The translations under genes were made by a program, and so were the position numbers. From Methanomassiliicoccales archaeon (lineage in GTDB: Archaea; Thermoplasmatota; Thermoplasmata; Methanomassiliicoccales; JAAEEP01): 64,000 nt of DNA. This document shows, one piece after another, positions 26,211 through 35,994 of the stretch; the stretch's first letter is position 1; every line of letters starts with the position of its first letter. Under the pieces are notes generated by a model. That model worked only from the letters and a program-made list of their open reading frames with translations, was not told where the DNA came from and searched no databases. Where the stretch lies: assembly GCA_046540255.1 (NCBI GenBank), contig JBKHFJ010000009.1, positions 2,149 through 66,148 on the forward strand, in the 5' to 3' direction.

Positions 26211-27673
26211 TCAGGGTGGAAGGTCTCACCTACCGCTACCCGAAATCCCGGGTTCCGTCCGTGAGGGACGTCTCCATGTCGATCCGGGAGGGGGAGTTCC
26301 TCATATTGGTGGGACCCTCCGGCTGCGGAAAGTCCACCCTGTGCCGCTCCTTCAACGGCCTGGTGCCACACTTCTACGGGGGGGATTTCCAGGGCAGGGT
26401 CACCGTGGACGGTGAGGATACCAGGGAGCTGCAACCGGCGAGACTGGCGGAGAAGGTGGGCATGGTCTTCCAGGATCCGGAGAACCAGCTGGTGATGACC
26501 AACGTGGAGAACGAGATGGCGTTCGGCATGGAGAACCTGGGCGTGCCCCGGCAGGAGATGAAGAGGAGGGTGGCCCGATCCGCCGAGTTCTTCGACCTGG
26601 GTCCACTGATGAAGAGATTCATACCGGAGCTGTCCGGCGGGGAGAAGCAGAAGGTGGCCCTGGGATCGGTGTTGGCCATGAGCCCCAAGTACCTGATCCT
26701 GGATGAACCCACTTCCCAGCTGGACGAGGACAACGCCCGACGCTTCCTGCAGTTCGCCCAGACCCTGAACCGGGAGATGGGGGTGGCCATCATTCTGGTG
26801 GAGCATCGGCTGGAGCGATGCATGGAGTTCGCCAAGAGGATGGTCTTCATGAAGGAGGGGGAGGTGATCATGGACGGTGAGCCCGGGGAGGTGATCGAGC
26901 ACCTGAGGGAGATCGATCTGATTAGTGATCTCAGGGTGCCGTCGGAGCAGAACGGGCATTCCAGGGAGAGGGCGGTGCAGGTCAACGACCTCCACTTCGG
27001 ATACAACGGGACCAGGGTGCTACAGGGACTCGATCTGGAGGTGAGGAAGGGGGAGGTGGTCATGATCACCGGTGACAACGGGGCGGGTAAGTCAACCCTG
27101 CTGAAGCTCATCATGGGGCTGCTTCGTCCGGAGAGGGGGAGCATGGAGGTCCTGGGGGAGGATGTGGGGAGGACCACCACCGCCCAGCAGGCCTCCCGGG
27201 TGGGCTACCTGGGTCAGAATCCCAACGATTACCTCTTCGAGCAGACGCTGGAGAGGGAGCTGGAATTCACCCTGAGGAATCTCGATGTCCCCTCCGGGGA
27301 ATGGGAGGTCAGGATCGATTGGGCTTTGAGGACGGTCGATCTGGACAGGTACCGTCACACCTTCCCCAGGGACCTGAGCACCGGGGAGAAGGAGAGGGCC
27401 GCACTGGCCACCGTTCTGGTAGGCAGGCCCGACGTGCTGATCCTGGACGAGCCCACCAGGGGCTTGGACCACTGGATGAAGGGGAAGCTGGGGGAGGTGA
27501 TCCTCTCCCTGCAGGGGGAGGGCATGACCAGCATACTGGTGACCCATGACCACCGCTTCATAGCCGAGTACGCCATCAAAGTGTTCCGCCTGGAGGGTGG
27601 GAGGATCCGCGAGATGGACAGGCAACGCTTCGCCCAAGGCGTCCGAGAAGGGAACGGTTGGAGGGATTCCTGA
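26207..27673 (+). CDS. ecfA: ECF transporter ATPase, fused duplicated ABC domains (EcfA-EcfA')
   Basis: ATGA overlap with ecfT. Two Walker A motifs (GPSGCGKST, GDNGAGKST), two signature motifs (LSGGEKQKV, LSTGEKERA) and two Walker B motifs (LILDEPT twice). The 781-aa track ORF (25328..) is an over-extension in the same frame. Confidence 0.9.
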   Translation: MIRVEGLTYRYPKSRVPSVRDVSMSIREGEFLILVGPSGCGKSTLCRSFNGLVPHFYGGDFQGRVTVDGEDTRELQPARLAEKVGMVFQDPENQLVMTNVENEMAFGMENLGVPRQEMKRRVARSAEFFDLGPLMKRFIPELSGGEKQKVALGSVLAMSPKYLILDEPTSQLDEDNARRFLQFAQTLNREMGVAIILVEHRLERCMEFAKRMVFMKEGEVIMDGEPGEVIEHLREIDLISDLRVPSEQNGHSRERAVQVNDLHFGYNGTRVLQGLDLEVRKGEVVMITGDNGAGKSTLLKLIMGLLRPERGSMEVLGEDVGRTTTAQQASRVGYLGQNPNDYLFEQTLERELEFTLRNLDVPSGEWEVRIDWALRTVDLDRYRHTFPRDLSTGEKERAALATVLVGRPDVLILDEPTRGLDHWMKGKLGEVILSLQGEGMTSILVTHDHRFIAEYAIKVFRLEGGRIREMDRQRFAQGVREGNGWRDS

Positions 27674-28392
27674 TGGGATACAAGAGGTACCTGCCCCTCG
27701 CCGGTATACTGATAAGCGCCGCCCTGATGCTTTACCTCTCGGTGGTCGATCCGGGGGAGCTGAGCAGGTACGCCCCCTCCCTGAGCTTCGTTTTCATCGT
27801 GTCCTTGGTGGGGCTGTTCTTCCTGGAATACGAGACCTCCAACCTCTCCTCCAAGGAGGTGGCCCTGGTGGGCATGATGGCGGCCACCATAGCGGTGGCC
27901 CGGATACCCTTCGCCGCCCTGCCCCAGATCCAGCCGTGCACCTTCCTGATCATAGCCGTGGGGCTGGTCTTCGGCTCCCTATCGGGCATGATGTGCGGGG
28001 CCCTCACCGCTGGCGTCTCCAACCTGTTCCTGGGCCAGGGGGCCTGGACACCTTGGCAGATGCTTGGCTGGGGACTGGTGGGCCTAATCGCCGGCTACGT
28101 CGGTTCCAGGTACCCCGACCTCGACCTCAGGATGATCGCCCTCCTTGGCGTGGGGGCATCCCTGTTCTACGGTCTACTGCTGGACATCAGCAGCTGGATC
28201 ATGTTCTACGAGGTGGACCCCGCCAGGTTGGTGGCCGTCCTGTCCCTGGGGATGCCCTTCAACATAGCCCATGCGGTGGGAACGGTGGTGTTCACCTTCG
28301 CCCTGGGAAAGCCAGTACTATTCTACCTGAGGAGGTTCAAGATGCGCTTCCACGTCCGTTACTCGGGAGAGGCGGAGGCCGTAACCTCCTGA
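27673..28392 (+). CDS. Putative ECF transporter substrate-specific (S) component, about 6 TM
   Basis: 1-nt overlap with the ecfA stop. AVARIPFAALPQIQPCTFLIIAVGLVFG and NLFLGQGAWTPWQMLGWGLVGLIAG resemble S-component motifs. Substrate unknown. Confidence 0.65.
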   Translation: MGYKRYLPLAGILISAALMLYLSVVDPGELSRYAPSLSFVFIVSLVGLFFLEYETSNLSSKEVALVGMMAATIAVARIPFAALPQIQPCTFLIIAVGLVFGSLSGMMCGALTAGVSNLFLGQGAWTPWQMLGWGLVGLIAGYVGSRYPDLDLRMIALLGVGASLFYGLLLDISSWIMFYEVDPARLVAVLSLGMPFNIAHAVGTVVFTFALGKPVLFYLRRFKMRFHVRYSGEAEAVTS

Positions 28393-28394
28393 GA

Positions 28395-29132
28395 TCAGGC
28401 CGATATGACCGGATGGGCGTTGGGGTCGAACGGATTGGTCCTCAGGGCCAGTGAGAACAGGTAGGGGTAGTTGTCCTTCAGATGCTTCATGTACTCCACC
28501 CACTCCCCTATCAGTCTCTTGTAGGCTCTCTCGATGTCCCCCTTCAGATGCTCCAGATCGCTACTGGGCAGGGAGTCGATTTTATCCCTGGCGCTCATCT
28601 CCTCCATCAGGTGGAACACCCCCCAGAGGGTCTCTGTGAAGGTCTCGTGCTCCAGCAGGTTGGGGTTCTCCAGCAGGCGGACCAGGAAGTCCCTCTTCTC
28701 CACCAGGAATCGCCGCAGTCCCTTGAAGTCCCCCCGGTCCACGTCTATCGAGAAGTCCTTGCATTTGACCCTGTTTAGGGCCTCCTCGAACTGCTCGTCT
28801 GACCACTCCTTCGACATGGTGAGCTCCCCACTCATCCGATCCTCCTCCGGGTCCATGTCCGAGAAGAAGGCCAGGAGGTTCGTCCCCACCTCGCTGAAGA
28901 AGGCCCCTATCACCATGTTCATCTTCTCCATCCGCTCCCTCTTCTCCCTCCGCTCGATCACCTGGTGGATCAAGATGGTGATGAGGAGGACCTCCATGAA
29001 GGCGAAGCCGATGTCCCCTATCATGTAGATGAAGATGTGGTGGACATCCCGGAAGATTATCCAGTGGATGAAGTAGACCACGGCCGAAAGGACCAGAAGG
29101 ACTACTGCCAACTTGATCTTCCAATCTTTCAA
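28395..29132 (-). CDS. Hypothetical membrane protein (2 N-terminal TM helices plus a helical cytoplasmic domain)
   Basis: 245-aa ORF with ordinary composition. TM helices KLAVVLLVLSAVVYFIHWIIF and IGFAFMEVLLITILIHQVI. I recognised no family. Confidence 0.6.
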   Translation of the reverse strand: MKDWKIKLAVVLLVLSAVVYFIHWIIFRDVHHIFIYMIGDIGFAFMEVLLITILIHQVIERREKRERMEKMNMVIGAFFSEVGTNLLAFFSDMDPEEDRMSGELTMSKEWSDEQFEEALNRVKCKDFSIDVDRGDFKGLRRFLVEKRDFLVRLLENPNLLEHETFTETLWGVFHLMEEMSARDKIDSLPSSDLEHLKGDIERAYKRLIGEWVEYMKHLKDNYPYLFSLALRTNPFDPNAHPVISA

Positions 29133-29204
29133 ATCATTCCTCCAAGATTACAATCGTAATCCCATTGATTTCATCACAGGATATTTACCACTTACCGTTG
29201 GGAC

Positions 29205-31253
29205 CTATTCCAGGAATCGCATCATCTCCTCCACCGAGGCGGTGGGTGGAAGGCAGCTCCTCCCCCTGCAGACCATCGCGGCTGGACCCTGCTTTTCCGC
29301 CGACCCCTCGATCCGCAGCTCGGGCAGGTCCTCCATGGTATCGTGGAGAAGGGGAAAGACACCGGGAAGGAAGTCCGACCTCAGGGCGTCCAACATCTCC
29401 ACCACCGTACTGTCCGTGGGATCTCCCCTGATGACCACCTTCCTCGGGTCGAACAGCTCGTCCAAACCGGACAGGAAGAAGGTGTATGCCAGGGGATTCT
29501 CCTTGACCTGTCGGGAATAGGTGCTGACCATACGATCCACCACCTCGCCGAGGTGATCATCTCCGGTCAGGGAGTAGAGCTCGGTGAGCGCCCAGAACGC
29601 CACCGAATTGCCCGAGGGCACCGCCCCGTCGAACATCTCCACCTTATCCAATACCAGGCCTGAGCCCGGGGGTGCCAGGAGGAATGCCCCCCTTTCCGGG
29701 GACCAAAACCGATCGATCATCGCCCTGGACAATCGGAGGGCCTTGGCCAGGTGATCGCTCTCGAACCCGGCCTTGTACAGCTCAAGGAGGCCCATGATCA
29801 GGTTGGAGTAGTCGGGAAGGAAACCTTCCCGGGAGACCTCTCCCCGTCGGAACCTGTGGTAGACAGAGTCGCCTTCCACCATGTTCTCCATGAGGAAGGC
29901 CGCCGCTCGAGTGGCCCTCTCCAGATACTCCTCCGAGCGCAGAACGGCGGCCGCGCGGGAGAGAGAGGCCACCATCAGTCCGTTCCAGTCGGTGAGGATC
30001 TTGTCGTCCTTCAACGGATGGACCCTCTCCTCCCTGGCATAGAACAGGATCTCCCTGGCCCTCTCCAGCCTCGCCTTCAGCTCCCCGGGGGCGAGGCCCA
30101 GCCCATCGGCCAGGTCCTCGATCGACCTCTTCATGCGGAGGACGTTGGCCCCGGACCTTTCCCCCGTTCCCTCCTCGATGTAGTTGCCCCCCTCCCTCAT
30201 GTCGAAGACCCGCTCGACCAGATCGGCCTCCTCCCCCAATAGCGAGCGGACCTCCTCCGAGGTCCAGGTGTAGAACTTCCCCTCCACCCCCTCGCTGTCG
30301 GCGTCCTCGGCCGAGAGGAAGCCCCCCTCCTCCGAGGTGAGGTCCCTGAGGACATAGTGGATGACCCCCTCCGCGGTCTCCCTGAAGAGAGGATCTCCAG
30401 TGGCCTGGAAAGCCTCCAGGTAGGCGAGGGATATAAGTGCCTGATCGTAGAGCATCTTCTCGAAGTGGGGAAGGAACCACTCCTCGTCGGTGGAGTAGCG
30501 GTGAAAGCCGTGACCGATGTGGTCGTAGATCCCTCCTAACCTCATACGGATCAGGGTCTGGCGCACCATTTCCAGCGCCCTCTGCTCCCTGAACCTCTTC
30601 CAGTACCTGAGGAGCATCATGAGCCTGTGGGGCGTGGGGAATCTGGGGGCATTCCCGAAGCCTCCGTTCACCGGATCGAAGACGGACCGACATTGACTGT
30701 ACAGGGAGTGGAAGATGCTCTCGCCCAGCTCCCCCTCCTCCGCTGTCCTGGTCAGTTCCGACTGCACGGTGAAGGTGGCCCTCTCCGCCACCTCGTCCAC
30801 CTCATCCCTCCTCTCCTCCCATGCCTGGGCGATTCGGGGGAGCAGCTCCCTCATGCCGATCATACCGAACATCGATTCTCGGGGGATGTAGGTGGCCGCC
30901 AGGAAAGGCTTCTCGTCCGGCCTCATGATGATTGTGAGGGGCCAGCCCCCCGTTCCGGTCATCATCTGGCAGAAGTCCATGTACACCGCGTCGATGTCCG
31001 GCCTCTCCTCCCGGTCAACCTTGATGCAGACGAAATCATCGTTCAGCAACCTGGCCACCTCGGGATCCTCGAAGGATTCCCTCTCCATCACATGGCACCA
31101 GTGGCATGTCGAGTAACCTATGGACAGGAAGATGGGTTTGTCCTCCCTCTCCGCCCTATCAAAAGCCTCCTCCCCCCATGGATACCATTCCACAGGGTTG
31201 TGGGCGTGCTGCTGCAGGTACGGGCTCTGCTCCTCTATCAGTCGGTTCGGCAC
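29205..31253 (-). CDS. Thioredoxin-domain protein, DUF255 / YyaL / SPATA20 family
   Basis: [55 protein letters not shown] start at 31253. Confidence 0.88.
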   Translation of the reverse strand: MPNRLIEEQSPYLQQHAHNPVEWYPWGEEAFDRAEREDKPIFLSIGYSTCHWCHVMERESFEDPEVARLLNDDFVCIKVDREERPDIDAVYMDFCQMMTGTGGWPLTIIMRPDEKPFLAATYIPRESMFGMIGMRELLPRIAQAWEERRDEVDEVAERATFTVQSELTRTAEEGELGESIFHSLYSQCRSVFDPVNGGFGNAPRFPTPHRLMMLLRYWKRFREQRALEMVRQTLIRMRLGGIYDHIGHGFHRYSTDEEWFLPHFEKMLYDQALISLAYLEAFQATGDPLFRETAEGVIHYVLRDLTSEEGGFLSAEDADSEGVEGKFYTWTSEEVRSLLGEEADLVERVFDMREGGNYIEEGTGERSGANVLRMKRSIEDLADGLGLAPGELKARLERAREILFYAREERVHPLKDDKILTDWNGLMVASLSRAAAVLRSEEYLERATRAAAFLMENMVEGDSVYHRFRRGEVSREGFLPDYSNLIMGLLELYKAGFESDHLAKALRLSRAMIDRFWSPERGAFLLAPPGSGLVLDKVEMFDGAVPSGNSVAFWALTELYSLTGDDHLGEVVDRMVSTYSRQVKENPLAYTFFLSGLDELFDPRKVVIRGDPTDSTVVEMLDALRSDFLPGVFPLLHDTMEDLPELRIEGSAEKQGPAAMVCRGRSCLPPTASVEEMMRFLE

Positions 31254-31309
31254 CGGACCACCCTCGGGGATTCAAGGGAGCGGCCCTCTAATATTGATTT
31301 CTGATCATG

Positions 31310-31349
31310 AAAAAATGAGGTGTAGAGCCACTGAAGAGGTCGGTGGCTC
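31310..31349 (-). terminator. Hairpin plus T6 (on the minus strand)
   Basis: GAGCCAC (31325-31331) pairs with GTGGCTC (31343-31349) around an 11-nt loop. On the minus strand it is followed by TTTTTT (31315-31310). Confidence 0.35.
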
Positions 31350-31553
31350 ACCCCCCTTATCCCCCCAATCGGCCTTGCAACCGATGTTGCCGTAGCAACG
31401 ATATTGGATGACCCTGCGGGATATTAATAGATTTCTTTTGAGTAACATGTATCCATTTTATTAACTGTTGTAAGTAAACAAGGGAAAAGGAGCGGTTTCA
31501 CGGAATGAAGCCTGGGCTGTACCTCGTACAGGAACGGTATCATTGGTACCTTT

Positions 31554-31805
31554 TCAACTCTCGAGCGATGACGCCTCAACGGTCACTATCCGGTAGCGGC
31601 AGCTGATCTCTGTCATGACCTCGTGAAGGTTGAACATGAGGAGGCGGATCATCTTCCCATTCGGCTCCCTCCCCCGTTCAAACTCGAAGTCCCAGTTCCC
31701 GATCACCAACCCGGCACGGGGGATCACCTGGGTGTTCAGCTTCCCCTCTGTCAGGTCGGGAAGTTCATCGACGAGCTGGGCAAGCCTATCGAATGCCTTG
31801 TCCAT
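31554..31805 (-). CDS. Hypothetical protein (83 aa) downstream of the GltB-like gene
   Basis: Ordinary amino-acid composition and co-directional with the upstream gene, 39 nt after its stop. No family recognised. Confidence 0.4.
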   Translation of the reverse strand: MDKAFDRLAQLVDELPDLTEGKLNTQVIPRAGLVIGNWDFEFERGREPNGKMIRLLMFNLHEVMTEISCRYRIVTVEASSLES

Positions 31806-31844
31806 CGGAGCCGTAAAGCTTGATCAGGCTCTTCCATGTCATCT

Positions 31845-33461
31845 CTAATCCCAGTACTTCAGTATACCCGGCATAATCCTGTCGGCCATGGCATCGAAGG
31901 TCTCTATGCCTGTCACCCTCGAGGCGAAATCGCTCAATGCGGCGATGTCATCGCGGCGTAGGTACTCCAGCTTGAACTTTCTGGAACCGGCCTGGAGCTG
32001 CTTCATCCCCTCGCCTATGCGGTCGACCAGGTAGGTGTACAGGCCCACGGCGCCCCAGGGAATGTCCTTACCCGGTTTCAGGTCGGGGTACCGATGCTCC
32101 AAGGAATGGGTGGTGATGAAGAAGTTCTCCGGATTGGAGCTGTACTGGTCCGAGAAGGACTTGGGCAGCTTACCCTCCTCCGCCAGCTTGGTGAAGTACT
32201 TGGACTTCATCACCGTCAAGAGTGGCGCCCTGGCCATCGCCGAGGTCTTGACCAGGGGACCGTCCCCCAGGTTGCTCATGGCCATGGACTTGAAGATCTG
32301 GCTCTCGTTCACTATGCCGCCCGCGATGGACAGATCCGGAACGAATCTTCCCTGGTCCTTGAGTATCTGCGCGCACTTCATCACCTGGGCCTGGAGATGC
32401 ACGGTCGGCGTACTCATCTCGTTCATCATGGGGACCGGGCTCATACCGGTCCCACCCCCGGCCCCGTCGAAGGTGAGCAGGTCCACCTTGGCCTCGGAGG
32501 CCACCTTCATGGTGAAGGCCACCACCTCGGGCCGATAGGCGCCCGTCTTCAGGAAGACGTACTCGGCCCCCTTCTCCCTGAGCTGCTCCACGTCCTCCAC
32601 GAAGTCCTTGAACTGGGGGAAGCCAACCCTGCTGTGCCTCTCGAAGGTCTTGAAGGCACCGTCCCGGTAGGCCTCCTGCACATCCGGGTCCTCCGGATCG
32701 GGGACCACCAGGTAGCCGCGCTGCTTCAGCTCCAGAGCCCTTTCCAGGGTGTCCAATCTGACCTCGCCGCCGATGGCCTTGGCCCCCTGGCCCCACTTCC
32801 TCTCGATGACGTTGACGTCCAGGTCGGACATGACGTAATCGTCCACGCCTCCACGGAGGTCCTCCACGTTCGTCTGGACGGCGATCTCGCCGTGCTTGCC
32901 GTCCCACATCTCCTTGAAGGAGTTCACCCTGAACTCCATGTCCGGGGACCTCTGGACCTTACCGTTGGAGTAGACCGCGTCGTGGTCCATGCCGCAGACG
33001 TTCTCGCCTATCACCTCGATTATACCGCTCAGGGCGGCACCCTTGGCCAGCCCGTCCCAGTGCCTCTTGGCCACGTTGGTGGAGCCCAGTCCCGCTATGA
33101 TCACCGGCACCTTGAGATCGATGGGATGGCCGTGTCCGGTGGCCACCCTCGTGGAGGGATCGGCGTTCTCGAAGAAGGCCTCGTCCGAATCCGCCCTCAC
33201 CCCCCAGGCGCCGATGAGCTCGGCCAATATCTGGAAGTGCGACCAGTCGATGAAGTAGTCCTTTGAGGCCGATGCCGTGCTCTCCCCGAAGTATTCTGGA
33301 GAGGGGTACAGCGTCTCCCTTCCCCTGAACGCGGACTTGCCCACCTCGCACAGCACCGGACACTCCTCTATGCACAGGGGACACAGCCCGCTCAGTGGGC
33401 TGACGTCCTTCACCCGGGTCTTGGTCCCCGTGATGGATTTCGCATTCTCAACCGTTGTCAT
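31845..33461 (-). CDS. FMN-binding glutamate synthase family protein (GltB domain-2-like) with an N-terminal Cys cluster
   Basis: CPLCIEECPVLCEVG, IERKWGQGAKAIGGEV, LTFDGAGGGTGMSP, IAGGIVNESQIFKSMAMS. Confidence 0.85.
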   Translation of the reverse strand: MTTVENAKSITGTKTRVKDVSPLSGLCPLCIEECPVLCEVGKSAFRGRETLYPSPEYFGESTASASKDYFIDWSHFQILAELIGAWGVRADSDEAFFENADPSTRVATGHGHPIDLKVPVIIAGLGSTNVAKRHWDGLAKGAALSGIIEVIGENVCGMDHDAVYSNGKVQRSPDMEFRVNSFKEMWDGKHGEIAVQTNVEDLRGGVDDYVMSDLDVNVIERKWGQGAKAIGGEVRLDTLERALELKQRGYLVVPDPEDPDVQEAYRDGAFKTFERHSRVGFPQFKDFVEDVEQLREKGAEYVFLKTGAYRPEVVAFTMKVASEAKVDLLTFDGAGGGTGMSPVPMMNEMSTPTVHLQAQVMKCAQILKDQGRFVPDLSIAGGIVNESQIFKSMAMSNLGDGPLVKTSAMARAPLLTVMKSKYFTKLAEEGKLPKSFSDQYSSNPENFFITTHSLEHRYPDLKPGKDIPWGAVGLYTYLVDRIGEGMKQLQAGSRKFKLEYLRRDDIAALSDFASRVTGIETFDAMADRIMPGILKYWD

Positions 33462-33502
33462 ATAGCAACACCCTTAGCTTCCGTGAAAACGGTGAATGTC
33501 GT

Positions 33503-33519
33503 TAGCTTATTTTAAGCTA
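33503..33519 (-). promoter_or_regulatory. Inverted repeat TAGCTTA-N3-TAAGCTA overlapping an AT-rich TATA-like tract upstream of the GltB-like gene
   Basis: Read directly. It lies about 45-60 nt upstream of start 33461. Confidence 0.3.
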
Positions 33520-33692
33520 TTTTATCATACCGTTGCGTAATTCCCATCATTCGGTGTATTTTTCGAAGATTTTTCCCCTTCCTAGAGGCGAGATATTCCT
33601 ACCTTACCTCCTTGATTCCTATCGTACACAATCCCCTCGCCCGGGACCCTGACGTGGGTTGAGGAACTCGATCATGTGCTTTTCGATGAGGC

Positions 33693-35789
33693 CTACTCCC
33701 CGTCCTTCAGGCCCACGAGGGCGTCCACGGCCTTGCTCCTCTTCCCCTCGTTTCCCACCATGAGGGGGTTGATCTCCAGCTCCATGATCTCCGGGAAGTC
33801 CAGGGCGATCTGGGCCACCCTTGCTATGGTGTCCTTCAGGGAATCCAGGTCGGCGGGACTCCTGCCCCGGGCTCCGGCCAGGACGGGATAGGCGTCGATG
33901 GATGTGATGAGATGATCCAAGTCCTTCTGGGTGAGGGGTGCTACACGATGGGCCACGTCCTTGAGGATCTCCACGAATATGCCGCCCATGCCGAAGGTGA
34001 TCACCGGCCCGAAATTGTCGTCCCGGGTCATCCCCACCAGCACTTCCCTGCCCTGCAGCATCTCCTGCACCGATACACCGTCCACGGTGGCCTCGGGCAT
34101 CTTGACCTTAACATTGTTCATTATGGACCGGAACTCCTTCCTGATATCTTCCTCCGAGTCGACGCCGACGGCCACCGCCCCCAGGTCGGTCTTGTGGAGG
34201 ATGTCCGGGGAGACCACCTTCATCACCACCGGATAGCCGATCGAATCGGCTATCTCCACTGCCCTGTCCTCGCTCTCGGCCACCCGTTCCCGGGGCGTCT
34301 CCACACCGTAGGCCCTGAGGATCGCCTTGCCCTCGCTCTCCCTCAAAGAGGCCCGTCCCTGCTCCTTGGCCTGGTCCAGAATACGTCTTACCTCGTTTCT
34401 GTCACCACTGACATGGACCAATTCCTCCTCTTCCCTCTGCTCCATCACCCTCCGGCACTTCATGAGGGCGGAGACCGCCCTCATCGCCCGGTCGGGTATG
34501 TCGTAGTTGGGGATGCCCAGATCCTTGAGCATCTGAACGCTGGGAGCCACCTGCTTTCCCCCTATGAAGGAGGCCAGGATGGGAACGTCCGTCTTCCTCT
34601 TCATCTCGGCAAGCTCCCTGGCTATCCCCTCCAGGTCGATGATGTCGTTCGGACCGAAGATGGCCGCCAGGCAGTGCACGTTCTCGTCGGACAGTATGGT
34701 ATCCAGGGCGAACTTGACCCTCTCCAGGTTGGCGTCACCCACGATGTCCACCGGATTGTAGGGGGAAGCCTCCACCGGAAGCCCCTTCCTCAGCCTCTCC
34801 ACCGTGGATTCGTTGAGATCGGCCAGGGTGACCCCGTAATCGTTGCAGGCGTCCGCGGACATCACCCCGAGTCCGCCGGCGTTGGTGACGATCGCCGTGC
34901 CCTCCCCCTTGGGCACCTCCATCTTGGAGAAGGCCAGGCAGTAGTCAAAGAGCTCGTCCATGTCCTTGGCCCTCAGCACCCCGGCCTGCTCCATGGCCGC
35001 CTCCCAGATGTCATCGCTCCCGGATATGGACCCCGTGTGGGAGGAGGCCGCCCTGGCCCCAGAGCTGGATCTCCCCGACTTGAGAGTGACCAGTGCCTTC
35101 CTCCTGGAGGCCTCCTTCGCCTTCTCCATGAAGGCCTTGCCCCTCTCGGCCCCCTCGACGTACATGCCTATGACGCTGGTCTCGTCATCCCGTCCGATGT
35201 ACTCGATGAGGTCGGCCTCGTCCACGTCCGCCTTGTTGCCCACGCTGACGAACCTGGAGAAGCCCACATGGGTCTCCTGGTTCCAGTCCAGTATGGTGGT
35301 GCATATGGCCCCGGACTGGGATATTATGGCCAGGGGCCCCCTTCCCGGGTAGTTGGAAGTGAAGGTGGCGTTCATGTTGTGGAAGGTGTTTATCACCCCC
35401 AGGCAGTTGGGTCCAAGCACCCGGATCCCGTACTGATCGGCGATGTCCACCACCTGCCTTTCCAGCTCCGCCCCCTCGGCACCGATCTCCTTGAAACCGG
35501 CGGTGATGATGATGGCGGCGTTCACCCCGGCCTCTCCCGCCTCCTTGAGTAGTGGAGGGACCAAGGTGTTCTTGACCAGGAATATGGCCAGGTCCACCTC
35601 TTCCGGCACATCTGAAACACTGGAGTAGCATTTAAAGCCCAGAATCTCCTCCGCCTTGGGGTTGATGGGGTATATGGGGCCCTCGTAGCCCGATGAGATC
35701 AAGTTCTGCAGTACGATGTTGCCCAGCTTTCCCTCCTCCCTGGCGGCGCCTATGACCGCGACAGATTCTGGCTCGAATATGTGTCTCAT
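33693..35789 (-). CDS. acd: Acetyl-CoA synthetase (ADP-forming), fused alpha/beta subunits
   Basis: FEPESVAVIGAAREEGKLGNIVLQNL...GPIYPINPK, GPNCLGVIN, SQSGA, and a C-terminal ATP-grasp (GYPVVMKVVSPDILHKTDLGAV). A TATA (CTTAAAATATC on minus) lies about 30 nt upstream. Confidence 0.9.
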   Translation of the reverse strand: MRHIFEPESVAVIGAAREEGKLGNIVLQNLISSGYEGPIYPINPKAEEILGFKCYSSVSDVPEEVDLAIFLVKNTLVPPLLKEAGEAGVNAAIIITAGFKEIGAEGAELERQVVDIADQYGIRVLGPNCLGVINTFHNMNATFTSNYPGRGPLAIISQSGAICTTILDWNQETHVGFSRFVSVGNKADVDEADLIEYIGRDDETSVIGMYVEGAERGKAFMEKAKEASRRKALVTLKSGRSSSGARAASSHTGSISGSDDIWEAAMEQAGVLRAKDMDELFDYCLAFSKMEVPKGEGTAIVTNAGGLGVMSADACNDYGVTLADLNESTVERLRKGLPVEASPYNPVDIVGDANLERVKFALDTILSDENVHCLAAIFGPNDIIDLEGIARELAEMKRKTDVPILASFIGGKQVAPSVQMLKDLGIPNYDIPDRAMRAVSALMKCRRVMEQREEEELVHVSGDRNEVRRILDQAKEQGRASLRESEGKAILRAYGVETPRERVAESEDRAVEIADSIGYPVVMKVVSPDILHKTDLGAVAVGVDSEEDIRKEFRSIMNNVKVKMPEATVDGVSVQEMLQGREVLVGMTRDDNFGPVITFGMGGIFVEILKDVAHRVAPLTQKDLDHLITSIDAYPVLAGARGRSPADLDSLKDTIARVAQIALDFPEIMELEINPLMVGNEGKRSKAVDALVGLKDGE

Positions 35790-35994
35790 GATATCGGTAT
35801 CCGGGAAAATTCTGGAGATATTTTAAGATTGCTTCGTTCGACCGAAATCCATTTCCGATGGGCCCAGGGTTCGCATCCCTCCAATACCGCGGCTCCGAAT
35901 ATCGTCCCTTCGGGTTAATAGTCGTAGGGGGATCGCCCTGCCCACACATGGTGAAAGAATATTATCGAGGAGGCTCATTCACCAGAGATACCAG

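Noticed and set aside
35861-35889. tRNA T-arm-like motif (CAGGG-TTCGCAT-CCCTC followed by CAATACCG) upstream of the orphan methyltransferase, considered as a tRNA gene or an att-site remnant of an integrated element.
   Set aside because: No matching 5' acceptor strand, D arm or anticodon arm could be built on either strand. No integrase or direct repeat copy is seen in the window.
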